From Planctomycetota bacterium (GTDB taxonomy: Bacteria; Planctomycetota; Phycisphaerae; WQYP01): a stretch of 64,000 bases of DNA. The notes under the pieces are model-generated. The model did no database searches. It saw nothing but the letters and a program-made list of their open reading frames with translations, and was not told the DNA's origin. The translations under genes were made by a program, and so were the position numbers. Of the stretch, positions 48,338 through 58,699 are shown in pieces (the first letter of the stretch is position 1; each line of letters opens with the position of its first letter). Location of the stretch: NCBI GenBank assembly GCA_021810145.1, contig JAJZJL010000005.1, forward strand, positions 4,667-68,666. The letters run 5' to 3'.

Positions 48338-49015
48338 CTACTGTGTTTTACGGAGAAACGTCGTCAATCCGTGCACCAGTCCGGCGGCCAGTCGATGTTG
48401 ACCGGATCGAGAAGTGAGGTATCGCACATCATGCGGGTCGGACATGAATCCCAATTCCACCAGTACGGCCGGGCAGTTGCTTTTATCCAGTACTTCCAGG
48501 CCGCGCGTATCCATCCTGACATCGTGACAGTTAAAGCCCTTGTGAATCAGACCCTCTGCGATCAGGTGCGCGGCAATGCGTGAATCGTGCGAGGCTCCCT
48601 GGGCGTACAGCACGGTGAAGCCTTCCATGCCGCGCTGTTTGAAATAATCGCAATGTATGCTCAACAGGAGGCAATCCCCGCGCCGATTCGCGATTTGTAC
48701 GCGGCGGTTGAGACTCACATATTTATCCCGGTTGCGCGTCAGGATAAACCTAATATTATCGCGCTTTAAAAGCGGAATCATGTCCTTGGCAACGGCCAGA
48801 ACAATGGTCTTTTCATCGATGCCGTTGCTGCCGCGCGTGCCCGGATCAATCCCGCCGTGCCCCGGATCAATGACGACAAACCCGGTAATCTCATTTTTAC
48901 CCAGTGCCCTTTGCAGCCACAGGGGAAATGCCATCAGGCACACGGCGGTAAGCACCATAAGGGCCTTCCACCGGCTGTCGATGGGCGTCCGACCTTTCTC
49001 AGGCTGAGTTTCCAT
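48338..49015 (-). CDS. N-acetylmuramoyl-L-alanine amidase (Amidase_3)
   Basis: VIDPGHGGIDPG, EK, LTR..D..VSL..R, LSIHCD, PAVLVELGFMS; N-terminal TM. Confidence 0.92.
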   Translation of the reverse strand: METQPEKGRTPIDSRWKALMVLTAVCLMAFPLWLQRALGKNEITGFVVIDPGHGGIDPGTRGSNGIDEKTIVLAVAKDMIPLLKRDNIRFILTRNRDKYVSLNRRVQIANRRGDCLLLSIHCDYFKQRGMEGFTVLYAQGASHDSRIAAHLIAEGLIHKGFNCHDVRMDTRGLEVLDKSNCPAVLVELGFMSDPHDVRYLTSRSGQHRLAAGLVHGLTTFLRKTQ

Positions 49016-49382
49016 GTTGTTCCTTTCATACCATAAATTGTCAACAGGCACAGCTTTGTGATGATTTTGCGCTGGTCCATCGCGCTGCGGGAGTTCTAAC
49101 GCAATTCATCCAACCCTTAAGACTGTAGCATGGATACATGAAAGGAACGTGAAAAACAGCAAAAAGGGGGCTTTATTTTTCGTGCGCGCATCGTGGGGGG
49201 CGGCTCGCGCCGCCAGCACATGATTTGTGGAAGGTTTTGACAGAGGATGGCAATGTGAAAAAGGCGAAAAAAACGTATGCTGCCCATTTTCCCATAAGAA
49301 AATGTGGCGGTCATACACACCACCACCGGTTTATAGAGGCGTTAGATGCTCTTCTTTTTTTATTCCTGATTCCGAAGTGGCG

Positions 49383-50075
49383 TTAGCCACGGTTCACGCG
49401 AGGTTCCCCGCCCGGTGGGGCGACGGGACCTTGATCTCGCCGTCGCCAGGAATGTAACGCATCGATTAACATCGGCACGACTGAGACCAACGCGATACCT
49501 AATACGACCAAAGCAAAATTATGGGTAACAAACGGAAGACGGCCGAAGAAAAATCCAATGCACACAACAAGAACCGTCCACGCCAGGCTGCCGAAGATGT
49601 TGTAAAACATGAACCTCATATAGGGCATCGTCCCAATGCCCGCGACAAAGGGTGCAACGGTGCGCACTACCGGTACAAACCTCGCCAGAACGATGGTCTT
49701 GCCACCGAATTTTTGGAAATATTGATGGGTTCGATCCAGATGCTTTTTTCTCAGGAACTTGAAACGGCCGGTAAATGCCCGCGGCCCGATGGTCCGTCCC
49801 AACTGATAATTCACCATGTTTCCCAATACCGCAGCGACGGACATAAGCCCCCATGCTAAAGATAAGCTCACATGTGAATTCGCTCCTGCGGCAATCGCTC
49901 CGACGGCGAACAGCAGTGTGTCTCCGGGTAGAAATGGCGTAACGACCAGCCCCGTCTCGCAGAAGATAATCAGAAACATTATTGTGTACGCCCAGACTCC
50001 ATGAAACTGAAGCATCGTGTTAAGATGCCGATTCAGGTGTAGAATGAGGCCTAGCGCTTCATGAATCAACGCCAT
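49383..50075 (-). CDS. dedA: DedA family membrane protein
   Basis: IIFCETGLVVTPFLPGDTLLF, GGKTIVLARFVPVVRTVAPFVAG. Confidence 0.93.
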   Translation of the reverse strand: MALIHEALGLILHLNRHLNTMLQFHGVWAYTIMFLIIFCETGLVVTPFLPGDTLLFAVGAIAAGANSHVSLSLAWGLMSVAAVLGNMVNYQLGRTIGPRAFTGRFKFLRKKHLDRTHQYFQKFGGKTIVLARFVPVVRTVAPFVAGIGTMPYMRFMFYNIFGSLAWTVLVVCIGFFFGRLPFVTHNFALVVLGIALVSVVPMLIDALHSWRRRDQGPVAPPGGEPRVNRG

Positions 50076-50125
50076 CGTAAATTGCTCCGTACCGAAGAAT
50101 TATCTGAATGGACAGGAAACGGCGA

Positions 50126-50827
50126 TCAGGCCATGATCCACCGCCTCCAAGGCGGCGGCAGCGCCGCGATCAAACGCCCCGGCCAGTTAAACCACAGGAC
50201 GCTGCGTACGACCAGCACCGCCATAATTGCTCCGGCGGTCACATCCGCCGGGTAATGGGCGTGCCGAATCACACGTTGGAAAGCGGTATCGATGGCCAGA
50301 AAATAGAAAAGCGCTCTGCCGTTGGGATAGAACCACGATAGCCCCGCCGCCAAGGCAAAGGCTCCGCTGGCATGGGCACTGGGGAACGATTGGTAGGTGG
50401 CACCTCGCAGAAACCCATAGGCGGGTCCAAAGAATCCGTAAACGCCCTTTTGCAGCAGCCATGGACGGGCACGACCACAAAGCCCCTTGGTCAAATAGCA
50501 AATCGCAACGGCGCACAAACAGCCTGCCGCCAGAGCGATAGCCTTGCGTTTTCCGTGCCTGTCCAGTAGTGCCACGGCAATAATAACCAGCACCGAACAC
50601 GTCCATTGGCCCCACTGCATCAGCATGGTCATTTCAAGATTGATGTCCGATTTGAATATGATCGGATGGCGGTAAGCCAAAAGCGCCACCGACTTATCAA
50701 AAACGAAGGCCAGTGCCAAGAGAACAATGCAAACCAGCAACTTGCTCCATCGGGGCCATGCGGAATCGAAGTGGACGGGGGGCTGACACAAGGGGATGTT
50801 ACGGTCTTTCGACTCGGAATCGAACAT
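50126..50827 (-). CDS. PAP2-family membrane phosphatase
   Basis: K...GRARP, SFPSAH, R....HYPADV; GGAGG SD. Confidence 0.9.
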   Translation of the reverse strand: MFDSESKDRNIPLCQPPVHFDSAWPRWSKLLVCIVLLALAFVFDKSVALLAYRHPIIFKSDINLEMTMLMQWGQWTCSVLVIIAVALLDRHGKRKAIALAAGCLCAVAICYLTKGLCGRARPWLLQKGVYGFFGPAYGFLRGATYQSFPSAHASGAFALAAGLSWFYPNGRALFYFLAIDTAFQRVIRHAHYPADVTAGAIMAVLVVRSVLWFNWPGRLIAALPPPWRRWIMA

Positions 50828-51132
50828 TTATGCGTACCTCCAATTAATAGTAATTAATTCTGGTGAAAGAGGAAGTAAATCGACGAATCACAAAGTCGTA
50901 TCTGCGCCGCCATAGCGTAACACTCCCTTCCAAAGCCGACCTCGATTGCGCCGCCGCGCCTCCACGGCCAGGGCCGCGAACATCGGGCCGTACCCGGTCG
51001 CATACGGGGTCCGCCTGTTCCGGTGTAACACTCGTTTTCACCAGAGCGAATTCAAAAATTGTGCGGTGTGATGGTTGGCAAAATGCAGCCGGATGGCAGA
51101 CGCGATTCGGGAAATCGTTTGTGCCGGATGGT

Positions 51133-51687
51133 TTACAGGCCTCGAATATGCGTAGTCGAACTTTCGGCGGCGTCCCCCTGCGCATTGGCGGACTTGGATG
51201 CTGCGCCACCGCACGCCATATACACAACGCATATAAAAATCGACAAAGCAATCAGGCTCATCCACCGTACCACGGTATTGACTTCAAGAAATCGATTCCC
51301 AACAATTCCCGATGCTCTGCTGGCGTCCATCCCATGCTGAATTGTGGCCCCAAAGCGTGCAGGAATCTGAGCTGCCATCATGTCTGTGGTTAGGCGCGGC
51401 GTTGCCAACGGCGCGGAATCGGCCGGCCCCTTACCGCAGAATTTTTGCGTGCTGACAACCCTGTTGATTTTGTACGATACGTTCTGAGTGCCGGTGGAAA
51501 ACGCCATCGGGCCAGGCTTCCCGCTTTCCGTTCCCCTGGCCGGTGCTTCGGGCGTAGCTGCCGGCATTTGTGCCGCGGCGACCCTGCTTTTGGCGTATAG
51601 CGTGGAATCAGCCCGTGCGGGTGCCGAACTGTTGATGATCAGACCTGATCCAATAAACCCAATGACGAGAAATATTTTGTAACGCAT
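51133..51687 (-). CDS. Hypothetical exported/membrane protein
   Basis: Signal-like N-terminus, late hydrophobic segment, GGAG SD; no family recognised. Confidence 0.4.
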   Translation of the reverse strand: MRYKIFLVIGFIGSGLIINSSAPARADSTLYAKSRVAAAQMPAATPEAPARGTESGKPGPMAFSTGTQNVSYKINRVVSTQKFCGKGPADSAPLATPRLTTDMMAAQIPARFGATIQHGMDASRASGIVGNRFLEVNTVVRWMSLIALSIFICVVYMACGGAASKSANAQGDAAESSTTHIRGL

Positions 51688-51876
51688 GGCAGCGCTCCCG
51701 GAGAAAGACGCTCTCGGACTCAACAGATCGGTCCGTATGGATAAAAATTAACATCCCTACATTAAAGGAAGATGAAAAGTGCACGGGAATGATTTTTGAT
51801 ATAATGGAGTTTCTGCAACGACAGCCGTTGATCTGCGTTGTACATCTGGATTTTGCGCTATGTGGAGTAGCTGATA

Positions 51877-53043
51877 TTGTCTTCGAGATTGTATTCGCTG
51901 GTGGCCTTTGGCGTGATGTCCTTGGGGCTGATGGGAATTTCCGGCTGTTCGCGTCCCGCGGCGGGACAGGCCACAAGAGCCAAGACTCTTAATGCCCCAG
52001 TTCCGGTGCATATCGCATCGGCGGACGTGGCAACGGTGCCGGTGGAAATTTCCAATATTGCCACGGTGCAGGCCTATCGCACGGTGACGGTGCAATCGCA
52101 AGTCAACGGGCAGATTATCGCCGCGGCGGTACAACCGGGAGAAGAAGTTAAAACCGGGCAGGTTCTGTTCCGCATTGATCCGCGCCTGTATCAGGCGGCG
52201 TTGTTACAGGCTCGGGCGACCTTGGCCAAGGATCAGGCGACAGCGGAAAATGATCTGGTTTCAGAGCGGCAGGAAGCCAGATTGGTGAAAATGAAGGCCG
52301 CTTCACCCACCGAATATCTTCTGGCCAAATACACCTATCAGGCCGCGGCCGCGCAGGTGGATGCGGACAAAGCCGCCGTGCAAACCGCGGAGGTGAATTT
52401 GAACTACTGCACCATTTGCTCACCCATGAACGGACGTGTGGGCAATTTGCTGGCCTATCCTGGAACCAACGTCAGTGCCACAAGTACCAACTTAATTGTG
52501 ATCAATGAACTCCGGCCCATTTACGTTGCCATCGCTTTGCCGCAACGGTATCTGGTGGAGGTGAAATCAGCGTGGAAATTGGATCCGAAACTGCCGATGA
52601 CGGCCACAATATCCGATCCGAGCGGTACGGTTGTGGCAGGGCATCTAAGCTTTATTGATAATCAGGTCAGTGCCACCACCGGCACGGTAACGCTCATGGG
52701 CTCTTTTAACAACAGCAACGAGATTCTTTGGCCGGGAGAACTGGTGAATGCCACATTAAAAGTCGGAGAATTAAAAAACGCGGTGGTCGTGCCGGCCAAT
52801 GCGGTTGAGGTCGGTCAGGATGGGCATTATGTGTATGAAGTGCTTGCCGGAAATACCGTCAAGATGGTGCCGGTAACGGCGGGTATCAGTTGGCAGGGCA
52901 ACACAGTCATTTCCAAAGGACTCAAAAAGGGGGATGTGGTGGTGACGGATGGGCAGGTGCGGCTGGAGCCGGGAAGCCATATCGAGGTGGTACAACACGG
53001 ATTAGTGGCACCGGCGGCAACTTCGGTGGCAACGAAGAACTGA
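51877..53043 (+). CDS. RND efflux membrane-fusion protein (MdtA-like)
   Basis: Lipobox ISGC, V.SQVNGQI, G..VKTGQVLF.IDPR, I.SPM.GRVG, FIDNQV..TTGT, LWPG..V. Confidence 0.92.
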   Translation: MSSRLYSLVAFGVMSLGLMGISGCSRPAAGQATRAKTLNAPVPVHIASADVATVPVEISNIATVQAYRTVTVQSQVNGQIIAAAVQPGEEVKTGQVLFRIDPRLYQAALLQARATLAKDQATAENDLVSERQEARLVKMKAASPTEYLLAKYTYQAAAAQVDADKAAVQTAEVNLNYCTICSPMNGRVGNLLAYPGTNVSATSTNLIVINELRPIYVAIALPQRYLVEVKSAWKLDPKLPMTATISDPSGTVVAGHLSFIDNQVSATTGTVTLMGSFNNSNEILWPGELVNATLKVGELKNAVVVPANAVEVGQDGHYVYEVLAGNTVKMVPVTAGISWQGNTVISKGLKKGDVVVTDGQVRLEPGSHIEVVQHGLVAPAATSVATKN

Positions 53044-53109
53044 AACGGAAGCGGCCCGCAGTCGCGCTGATACACGCTGGCCGCGAGATAAACAATGGAA
53101 TAAAAAGTC

Positions 53110-56100
53110 ATGAATATTTCGGAGCTTTTCATTCGCCGCCCCATCGCCACCGTGCTATTGACCGCGGCCGTGGTTATCTTCGGCGTCATGGCCTATTTCA
53201 AGCTTCCGGTAAGCGATTTGCCGGAGGTAGACTACCCGACAATCTCCGTGGGGGCCTCATTGCCGGGTGCGAATCCATATACCATGGCGTCCGCGGTTGC
53301 CACGCCGCTGGAGGATCAGTTCACCGCCATAGAAGGCTTGAAATCCATGACATCCACCAGCTCGCAGGGTTCCACGAGCATTACTTTGCAGTTTGATTTG
53401 AGCCGCAATATCAATTCCGCCGCACAGGATGTGCAGGCCGCCATAACCGCCGCACAAGGCGCATTACCGCACAATATGCCCAGTCCCCCGACGTACCGAA
53501 AAGTGAATCCCGCGGCGCAACCGGTGTTGTATATCGGGTTGAGTTCCAGCACCTTGCCGCTGTATCAGGTGGATAATTACGCGGAAAACCTGCTGGGGAA
53601 TTCCATTTCTGAATTAAGTGGCGTGGCTCAGGTCAATATTTTTGGAGCACAGACCTATGCCGTGCGAATTCAGGTGAATCCCAAAAAACTTGCCGCGCGA
53701 AACATCGGCATTGATAATCTGGCGCAAAGCATTGCGCAGGCCAATGTGAACATGCCCACAGGTTCTCTGTGGGGCGATCATGCCTCTTATCAGATTTATT
53801 CCAATGGGCAACTTACGGATGCGGCCCAATACCGGCATTTAATTATTGCTTATCGCAACGGCTCGCCGATCCGTCTGAATGAAGTTGGCAACGCCATCAA
53901 CAGTGTTGTCAATGACCGTGTGGCGGCGTGGGAAATCGTGGATGGTGTATCAAGCCGGGCCATTGTGCTGGCCATTCAAAAACAGCCGGGCGCCAATACC
54001 ATCAAAGTGGTGGACGAAATCCGCGCTTTGCTGCCCAAACTGCAGGCCAGTGTTCCGCCGGCGGTCCATGCGCGAATACTTTTTGACGCGTCACAGCAGA
54101 TCCGCGCCGGCGTCAATGATGTGAAGCTCACACTTCTGGCGGCAATGGTGCTGGTGGTGCTGGTGATCTTTGCCTTTCTCCGCACATTACGCGCCACGCT
54201 GATTCCCAGTATCGCCATGCCGCTGGCGATCATCGGTACCTTCGCCGTGATGTATGAACTGAACTTTACAATCGACTATTTTTCCCTTCTGGCCTTGACG
54301 CTTGCGGTGGGTTTTATCGTCGATGATGCGGTTGTGATGCTGGAAAATTCATACCGGCATATCGAACTGGGCGAGCCCCCGATGCAGGCTACGCTCAACG
54401 CTTCCAGGGAAATCGGATTTACGATTATTTCCATGACTATTTCTCTTGTGGCGGTATTTATTCCGATTCTGTTTCTTTCCGGCATTATTGGCCGGCTGCT
54501 CAATGAATTTGCCCTGACCATTGCGGCTGCCATTTTAATATCCGGCTTTATTTCCCTTACGCTTACGCCCGTGTTGTGCAGCCGCTTTTTGAAGCCGCCC
54601 CGGGAAAAGCATAATTTTCTGTATCGGTTTATGGAGCATATTTTTTCCGGGTCCCTTTGGTTTTATCAAAAGACGCTCCGGCTGGTGCTCAAGGCTCGCC
54701 TGATTGTTCTGCTGCTGTCGCTGGGAACGCTGGTTCTGACGATTTATCTGCTGATTCATATTCCGGAGGGTTTTATTCCCGCCGGCAATACCGGGCGTGT
54801 GCTGGTAAGTACCCAGGGAGCGCAAAGTATTTCATTCAAGTCCATGGAACGGCATCAATTGGCGGCGGCAAAAATTGTGGCGGCTGATCCCAACGTGCAT
54901 CTGGTGATGAATGTTGTGGGAGCCGGGCCGATTGCCGGCATCAATAATGGTCACATGTTTTTGCACCTCAAGCCACGCAATGAGCGTAAACTGACAACGG
55001 ATCAGGTTATCCAGGAACTTGCGCCAAAACTTGCCCGAATTGTGGGCCTGCGCGTGTTTTTCTTTAATCCGCCGCCGATCAATGTCAGCGGCAATTTCAC
55101 CAAGTCGGAGTACCAATTTTCACTGCAATGTCCCAGCACGGTGGATTTGTTTAAATATGCCCCCATGCTTGAAAGAAAAATGGAAACGCTGCCGGGGTTG
55201 CAGGGCGTTAACAGCGATTTACAGATTGCCAGCAACCAACTCAACGTGGTGGTGGATCGCAGCAAGGCCCAGGCGCTGGGGGTCAGCGCCGCGGCGGTAG
55301 AACAGGCGCTGGGTTATGCGTACGGTTCAGAACAGATTTCCACCATTTACGATACCCAGGCCCAATATGAAGTCATACTCGAACTGCAGAGCAAATTTCA
55401 GAATTCGCCGCGGGATTTGCATTTGCTCTACGTGGCCTCAAGTAATGGGGGGCTGGTTCCATTAAGTGCCGTGGCACATCTGACGCAGAGCCTCGGGCCG
55501 TTATCCATTAATCAGACCGGGCAGCTTCCGTCGGTGACCATTTCATTTAATGTCGCGCCGGGATTTTCGCTGAGCAAAGCGGTGGCCGAAATTCAGGTGG
55601 CGGCCAGGCAGGTATTGCCCGCGAACATCATCACGAATTTTCAGGGCGCTGCGCAGATATTTCAGTCAGCGGTAATCAATATGGGCGTGCTGCTGCTGGT
55701 GGCGGTGGTGGTGATCTATATTGTTCTGGGCGTATTGTATGAAAGTTTTATTCATCCGATTACGATCCTCACGGCGTTGCCTTTTGCGGGATTGGGGGCG
55801 TTGCTCACGCTGATGCTTTTTGGTGATATTCTGGACCTGTATGCATTTGTCGGCGTCATCATGCTGATTGGACTGGTCAAAAAGAACGGCATCATGATGG
55901 TGGATTTTGCCATTGATGCCCGCCGGACCAGGGGGCTGGACGCCATGGAATCCATTATTCAAGCATGCAGTATCCGATTTCGCCCGATTATGATGACCAC
56001 CATGGCGGCGCTGCTGGGGACCTTGCCCATCGTGCTGGGGTCCGGAGCCGGTTCCGGAACACGTCGGCCCCTAGGCCTCGCGGTAGTGGGGGGGCTGTTG

Positions 56101-56271
56101 TTTTCGCAACTTCTGACATTGTATGTTACACCGGTTTTCTATGTTTATCTTGATAAAATCGAACAGATATTCAGTGGCGGCAAAGGGGGCAAGCAGGACG
56201 GAAAATCCAATGGCCAGCCCCATGCGACGGCTGCGGTGCCGGTTCTGACCAGCGCTTCGATGGACCTGTAA
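53110..56271 (+). CDS. RND efflux permease (MdtB/MdtC-like)
   Basis: FIRRPIAT, LPEVDYPTI, GFIVDDAVVMLEN, IGLVKKNGIMMVDFA, RFRPIMMTT. Confidence 0.95.
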   Translation: MNISELFIRRPIATVLLTAAVVIFGVMAYFKLPVSDLPEVDYPTISVGASLPGANPYTMASAVATPLEDQFTAIEGLKSMTSTSSQGSTSITLQFDLSRNINSAAQDVQAAITAAQGALPHNMPSPPTYRKVNPAAQPVLYIGLSSSTLPLYQVDNYAENLLGNSISELSGVAQVNIFGAQTYAVRIQVNPKKLAARNIGIDNLAQSIAQANVNMPTGSLWGDHASYQIYSNGQLTDAAQYRHLIIAYRNGSPIRLNEVGNAINSVVNDRVAAWEIVDGVSSRAIVLAIQKQPGANTIKVVDEIRALLPKLQASVPPAVHARILFDASQQIRAGVNDVKLTLLAAMVLVVLVIFAFLRTLRATLIPSIAMPLAIIGTFAVMYELNFTIDYFSLLALTLAVGFIVDDAVVMLENSYRHIELGEPPMQATLNASREIGFTIISMTISLVAVFIPILFLSGIIGRLLNEFALTIAAAILISGFISLTLTPVLCSRFLKPPREKHNFLYRFMEHIFSGSLWFYQKTLRLVLKARLIVLLLSLGTLVLTIYLLIHIPEGFIPAGNTGRVLVSTQGAQSISFKSMERHQLAAAKIVAADPNVHLVMNVVGAGPIAGINNGHMFLHLKPRNERKLTTDQVIQELAPKLARIVGLRVFFFNPPPINVSGNFTKSEYQFSLQCPSTVDLFKYAPMLERKMETLPGLQGVNSDLQIASNQLNVVVDRSKAQALGVSAAAVEQALGYAYGSEQISTIYDTQAQYEVILELQSKFQNSPRDLHLLYVASSNGGLVPLSAVAHLTQSLGPLSINQTGQLPSVTISFNVAPGFSLSKAVAEIQVAARQVLPANIITNFQGAAQIFQSAVINMGVLLLVAVVVIYIVLGVLYESFIHPITILTALPFAGLGALLTLMLFGDILDLYAFVGVIMLIGLVKKNGIMMVDFAIDARRTRGLDAMESIIQACSIRFRPIMMTTMAALLGTLPIVLGSGAGSGTRRPLGLAVVGGLLFSQLLTLYVTPVFYVYLDKIEQIFSGGKGGKQDGKSNGQPHATAAVPVLTSASMDL

Positions 56272-56595
56272 GCCCGGCAACGGCTGGGGCCCTGAAAAGA
56301 TATTTTTTATGGGCATTTTTCCTCAAGCCCTATAAACGGTTTGCCGATAACGACAGAATTGCGGCGTTATGTTTGTATTAGCGTCACCGATTGTGGTTGA
56401 TGCGCGCTGCTGTTGAGAAATTTTTAGTTTTTCGATTTTTTTTGTAGAATTGTGAGAACTCGTCGGGTGATGTTGGCGTATAAAAGCTGCTCGACTTGGT
56501 GGAATGAAGTAAAATAAGTCGCATAATCGCGTCACTGCATGAGCGGCTCATTGGCTGGAAGTGGAACTTTCGGCGGTTCGAACGGAGCAGTACCC

Positions 56596-57480
56596 ATGGA
56601 ACGGAATAACATACCGGAAGTTTTATTTCCCGAATTTTCATCCACAGGCGTGTCGCGCCGGCGCTGGCTTGGCGGACTGCTGGGCACCGCGGCCGCTGCC
56701 ACCTTGGCCGGTTGTGCGGCGGCACCGCCACAGTCACAGAGCAGTATCAGTTATCTGCCCGATGGCGTGCTGCCACCGGATGCCGGCGTCAATCTGGGCC
56801 AAATGGATACCGGTTATGCTCCACCCGCGAATTTTAAGCCACGGGTTGTCTATCATCCGCCCGTGCCGACAAAAAAGATCGTCCCCGTCGGGGCCTTCGG
56901 TATTATCCCGCGCAGCGCATGGACCACCGCCGGTCCCAATATGCGAACAATTCAGCCAATGGCGGGCGTGCATCTGATTACGTTTCATCACACGGGCGAT
57001 CCGCACCCGATTAATTTTGATTCACTGGAGGAGACGGCCCGGTATTGGGAACTTATACGTGAATATGAACGTCGCGTTGGTTTTGAAGACATTGCTTACC
57101 ATTTCGGCATTGACCGTTTGGGGCGTGTCTGGCAATTGCGTGATCTGAAATATCGGGGTGAACATGTGCGAGATGGCTTTGCTCCGCCGCACTGGCTGAT
57201 GGAATATGTCCAATATCGCAACTCGCCTACCCGGCCCGTGCATGGAAGGTATATCTGGAACGCTCATAACATCGGTGTGGCATCGATTGGCAATTTTATG
57301 CTGCAAGAACCAACGGTTCAGCAGCGCCAGACGATTCTGCGTTTTGGTTCCCTGCTGCGTCGGCTCTATCGCATTCCCATTTATCATTGCTATACACATC
57401 GCGAACTGGTCGCCACCGAGTGTCCGGGGCACAATTTGCAGCCTTACATGGTTTACATCCGAAGAAATAACATATTGTGA
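56596..57480 (+). CDS. Tat-exported lipoprotein, Amidase_2/PGRP-like
   Basis: SRRRWL Tat signal and LAGC lipobox; IIPRSAW, ITFHHT, DIAYHFGID..G, NIGV..IGNF, HRELVATECPG. Confidence 0.88.
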   Translation: MERNNIPEVLFPEFSSTGVSRRRWLGGLLGTAAAATLAGCAAAPPQSQSSISYLPDGVLPPDAGVNLGQMDTGYAPPANFKPRVVYHPPVPTKKIVPVGAFGIIPRSAWTTAGPNMRTIQPMAGVHLITFHHTGDPHPINFDSLEETARYWELIREYERRVGFEDIAYHFGIDRLGRVWQLRDLKYRGEHVRDGFAPPHWLMEYVQYRNSPTRPVHGRYIWNAHNIGVASIGNFMLQEPTVQQRQTILRFGSLLRRLYRIPIYHCYTHRELVATECPGHNLQPYMVYIRRNNIL

Positions 57481-57547
57481 TCCTGACCGGGCGGAAGTTG
57501 AAACAAACTTCGCAACTGCAATGGCGGGGGGGGGCTTGAATCGATTG

Positions 57548-57564
57548 ACTTTATATTGTAAAGT
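57548..57564. promoter_or_regulatory. 17-bp palindromic operator, copy 1
   Basis: ACTTTATA-T-TGTAAAGT; matches the copy at 58671. Confidence 0.65.
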
Positions 57565-57653
57565 AGCAAGCAGGTCGTGCTGATCGGTATCGTTTTGCGC
57601 GTGGTCTGCTGATGTGCTGATTTGATTGGCCCGGCCAATGTGCAGCAAAAGAG

Positions 57654-58289
57654 ATGTTCATGGAACTGCGTGACGCATTAGCACAAATTTCTGAAATTCG
57701 TTCGCAGATGGCATTAAGCCAGATGTTTCGCGGATATCGCAGTTTCAGCGCGGTGGTTACAGGCGTTATTGCGGTGGTGGCGGCAGTTGTGCAGCAGCGA
57801 TGGGTAGAGCATCCGCAGGCACAACCAGGCGCCTATCTGATGATCTGGGTGGGAGCCGCGGCGGTAAGTTTATTGATCATCGGCGTCGAAATGGTCTGGC
57901 GGTGCCGCCGGATGAACTCCGATATGCAGACGCGATTGACGCTTCTGGCGGTGGAAAGTTTTATGCCCAGCCTGGTTGCCGGCGGATTGGTAACCGGTGT
58001 TATTTATACGCTGGTTCCGGAATTATTTCGTCTTCTGCCGGCATTCTGGATGCTGCTGTTTTCGATGGGGGTTTTTGCGATGAGTCGCATACTTCCCCGC
58101 GCCACGTTCTGGTGCGGCGCATATTATCTTATTGCCGGCATTCTTTTTCTGGCCTTGTCACAAAGTCATCACACGCTGGCTCCGTGGATCATGGGGGCGG
58201 TGTTTGCGATCGGACAGTTTATTACGGCGGGTATTTTATATTGGACTCTGGAGCGCGGACATGGCGGAGCAGCAAGTGGCAACACGTAA
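57654..58289 (+). CDS. Multi-TM hypothetical membrane protein
   Basis: About six hydrophobic segments; N-terminal ALAQISEIRSQM; overlaps the downstream HTH gene. Confidence 0.82.
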   Translation: MFMELRDALAQISEIRSQMALSQMFRGYRSFSAVVTGVIAVVAAVVQQRWVEHPQAQPGAYLMIWVGAAAVSLLIIGVEMVWRCRRMNSDMQTRLTLLAVESFMPSLVAGGLVTGVIYTLVPELFRLLPAFWMLLFSMGVFAMSRILPRATFWCGAYYLIAGILFLALSQSHHTLAPWIMGAVFAIGQFITAGILYWTLERGHGGAASGNT

Positions 58290-58653
58290 ACAACCGGGGC
58301 GCTATGCTTATGATGGACTGGATCGCGTCATACATGAGAAAGCCCGCCTTAGCATCGTCTCCTCCCTGGCGGGTCATGCGGATGGACTGCTTTTTAACGA
58401 ACTAAAAGAAGTCTGCGCCTTAACCGATGGCAATTTGAGCCGGCATATTTCAATTTTGCAGGACGCCGCTCTGGTTGAAGTATGGAAGCGCTTGCGTAAC
58501 AACAGGTCGCAGACGCTGGTTCGACTGACGGCCCAGGGGCGGCAGCGTTTTCTGGAATATCTCGAACAATTGGAGCAGGTTATTGCCGACGCCAACAAGG
58601 CAGGTGCGGCGGACTTTGAGTCGGGACGGCTTAATGCCCGTCCGACATTATAA
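58261..58653 (+). CDS. Winged-helix transcriptional regulator (HTH_34/ArsR-like)
   Basis: LDRVIHEKARLSI, F.ELK..C.LTDGNLSRH...L, LT..GR..F..YL. Confidence 0.9.
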   Translation: MAEQQVATRKQPGRYAYDGLDRVIHEKARLSIVSSLAGHADGLLFNELKEVCALTDGNLSRHISILQDAALVEVWKRLRNNRSQTLVRLTAQGRQRFLEYLEQLEQVIADANKAGAADFESGRLNARPTL

Positions 58654-58670
58654 AATTTTTTGCACTTGTT

Positions 58671-58687
58671 ACTTTGCAATGCAAAGT
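58671..58687. promoter_or_regulatory. 17-bp palindromic operator, copy 2
   Basis: Perfect inverted repeat ACTTTGCA-A-TGCAAAGT ending 12 bp before the ispH start. Confidence 0.7.
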
Positions 58688-58699
58688 GAAAGCGAGGTT

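Noticed and set aside
49080-49380. Second GGA-rich RNA between the amidase and dedA
   Set aside because: A few GGA motifs and a T run are present, but I could not place the motifs in consistent hairpin loops.
51877-56271. RND pump lacking an outer-membrane factor as a novelty
   Set aside because: TolC-like partners are often encoded elsewhere; ordinary arrangement.
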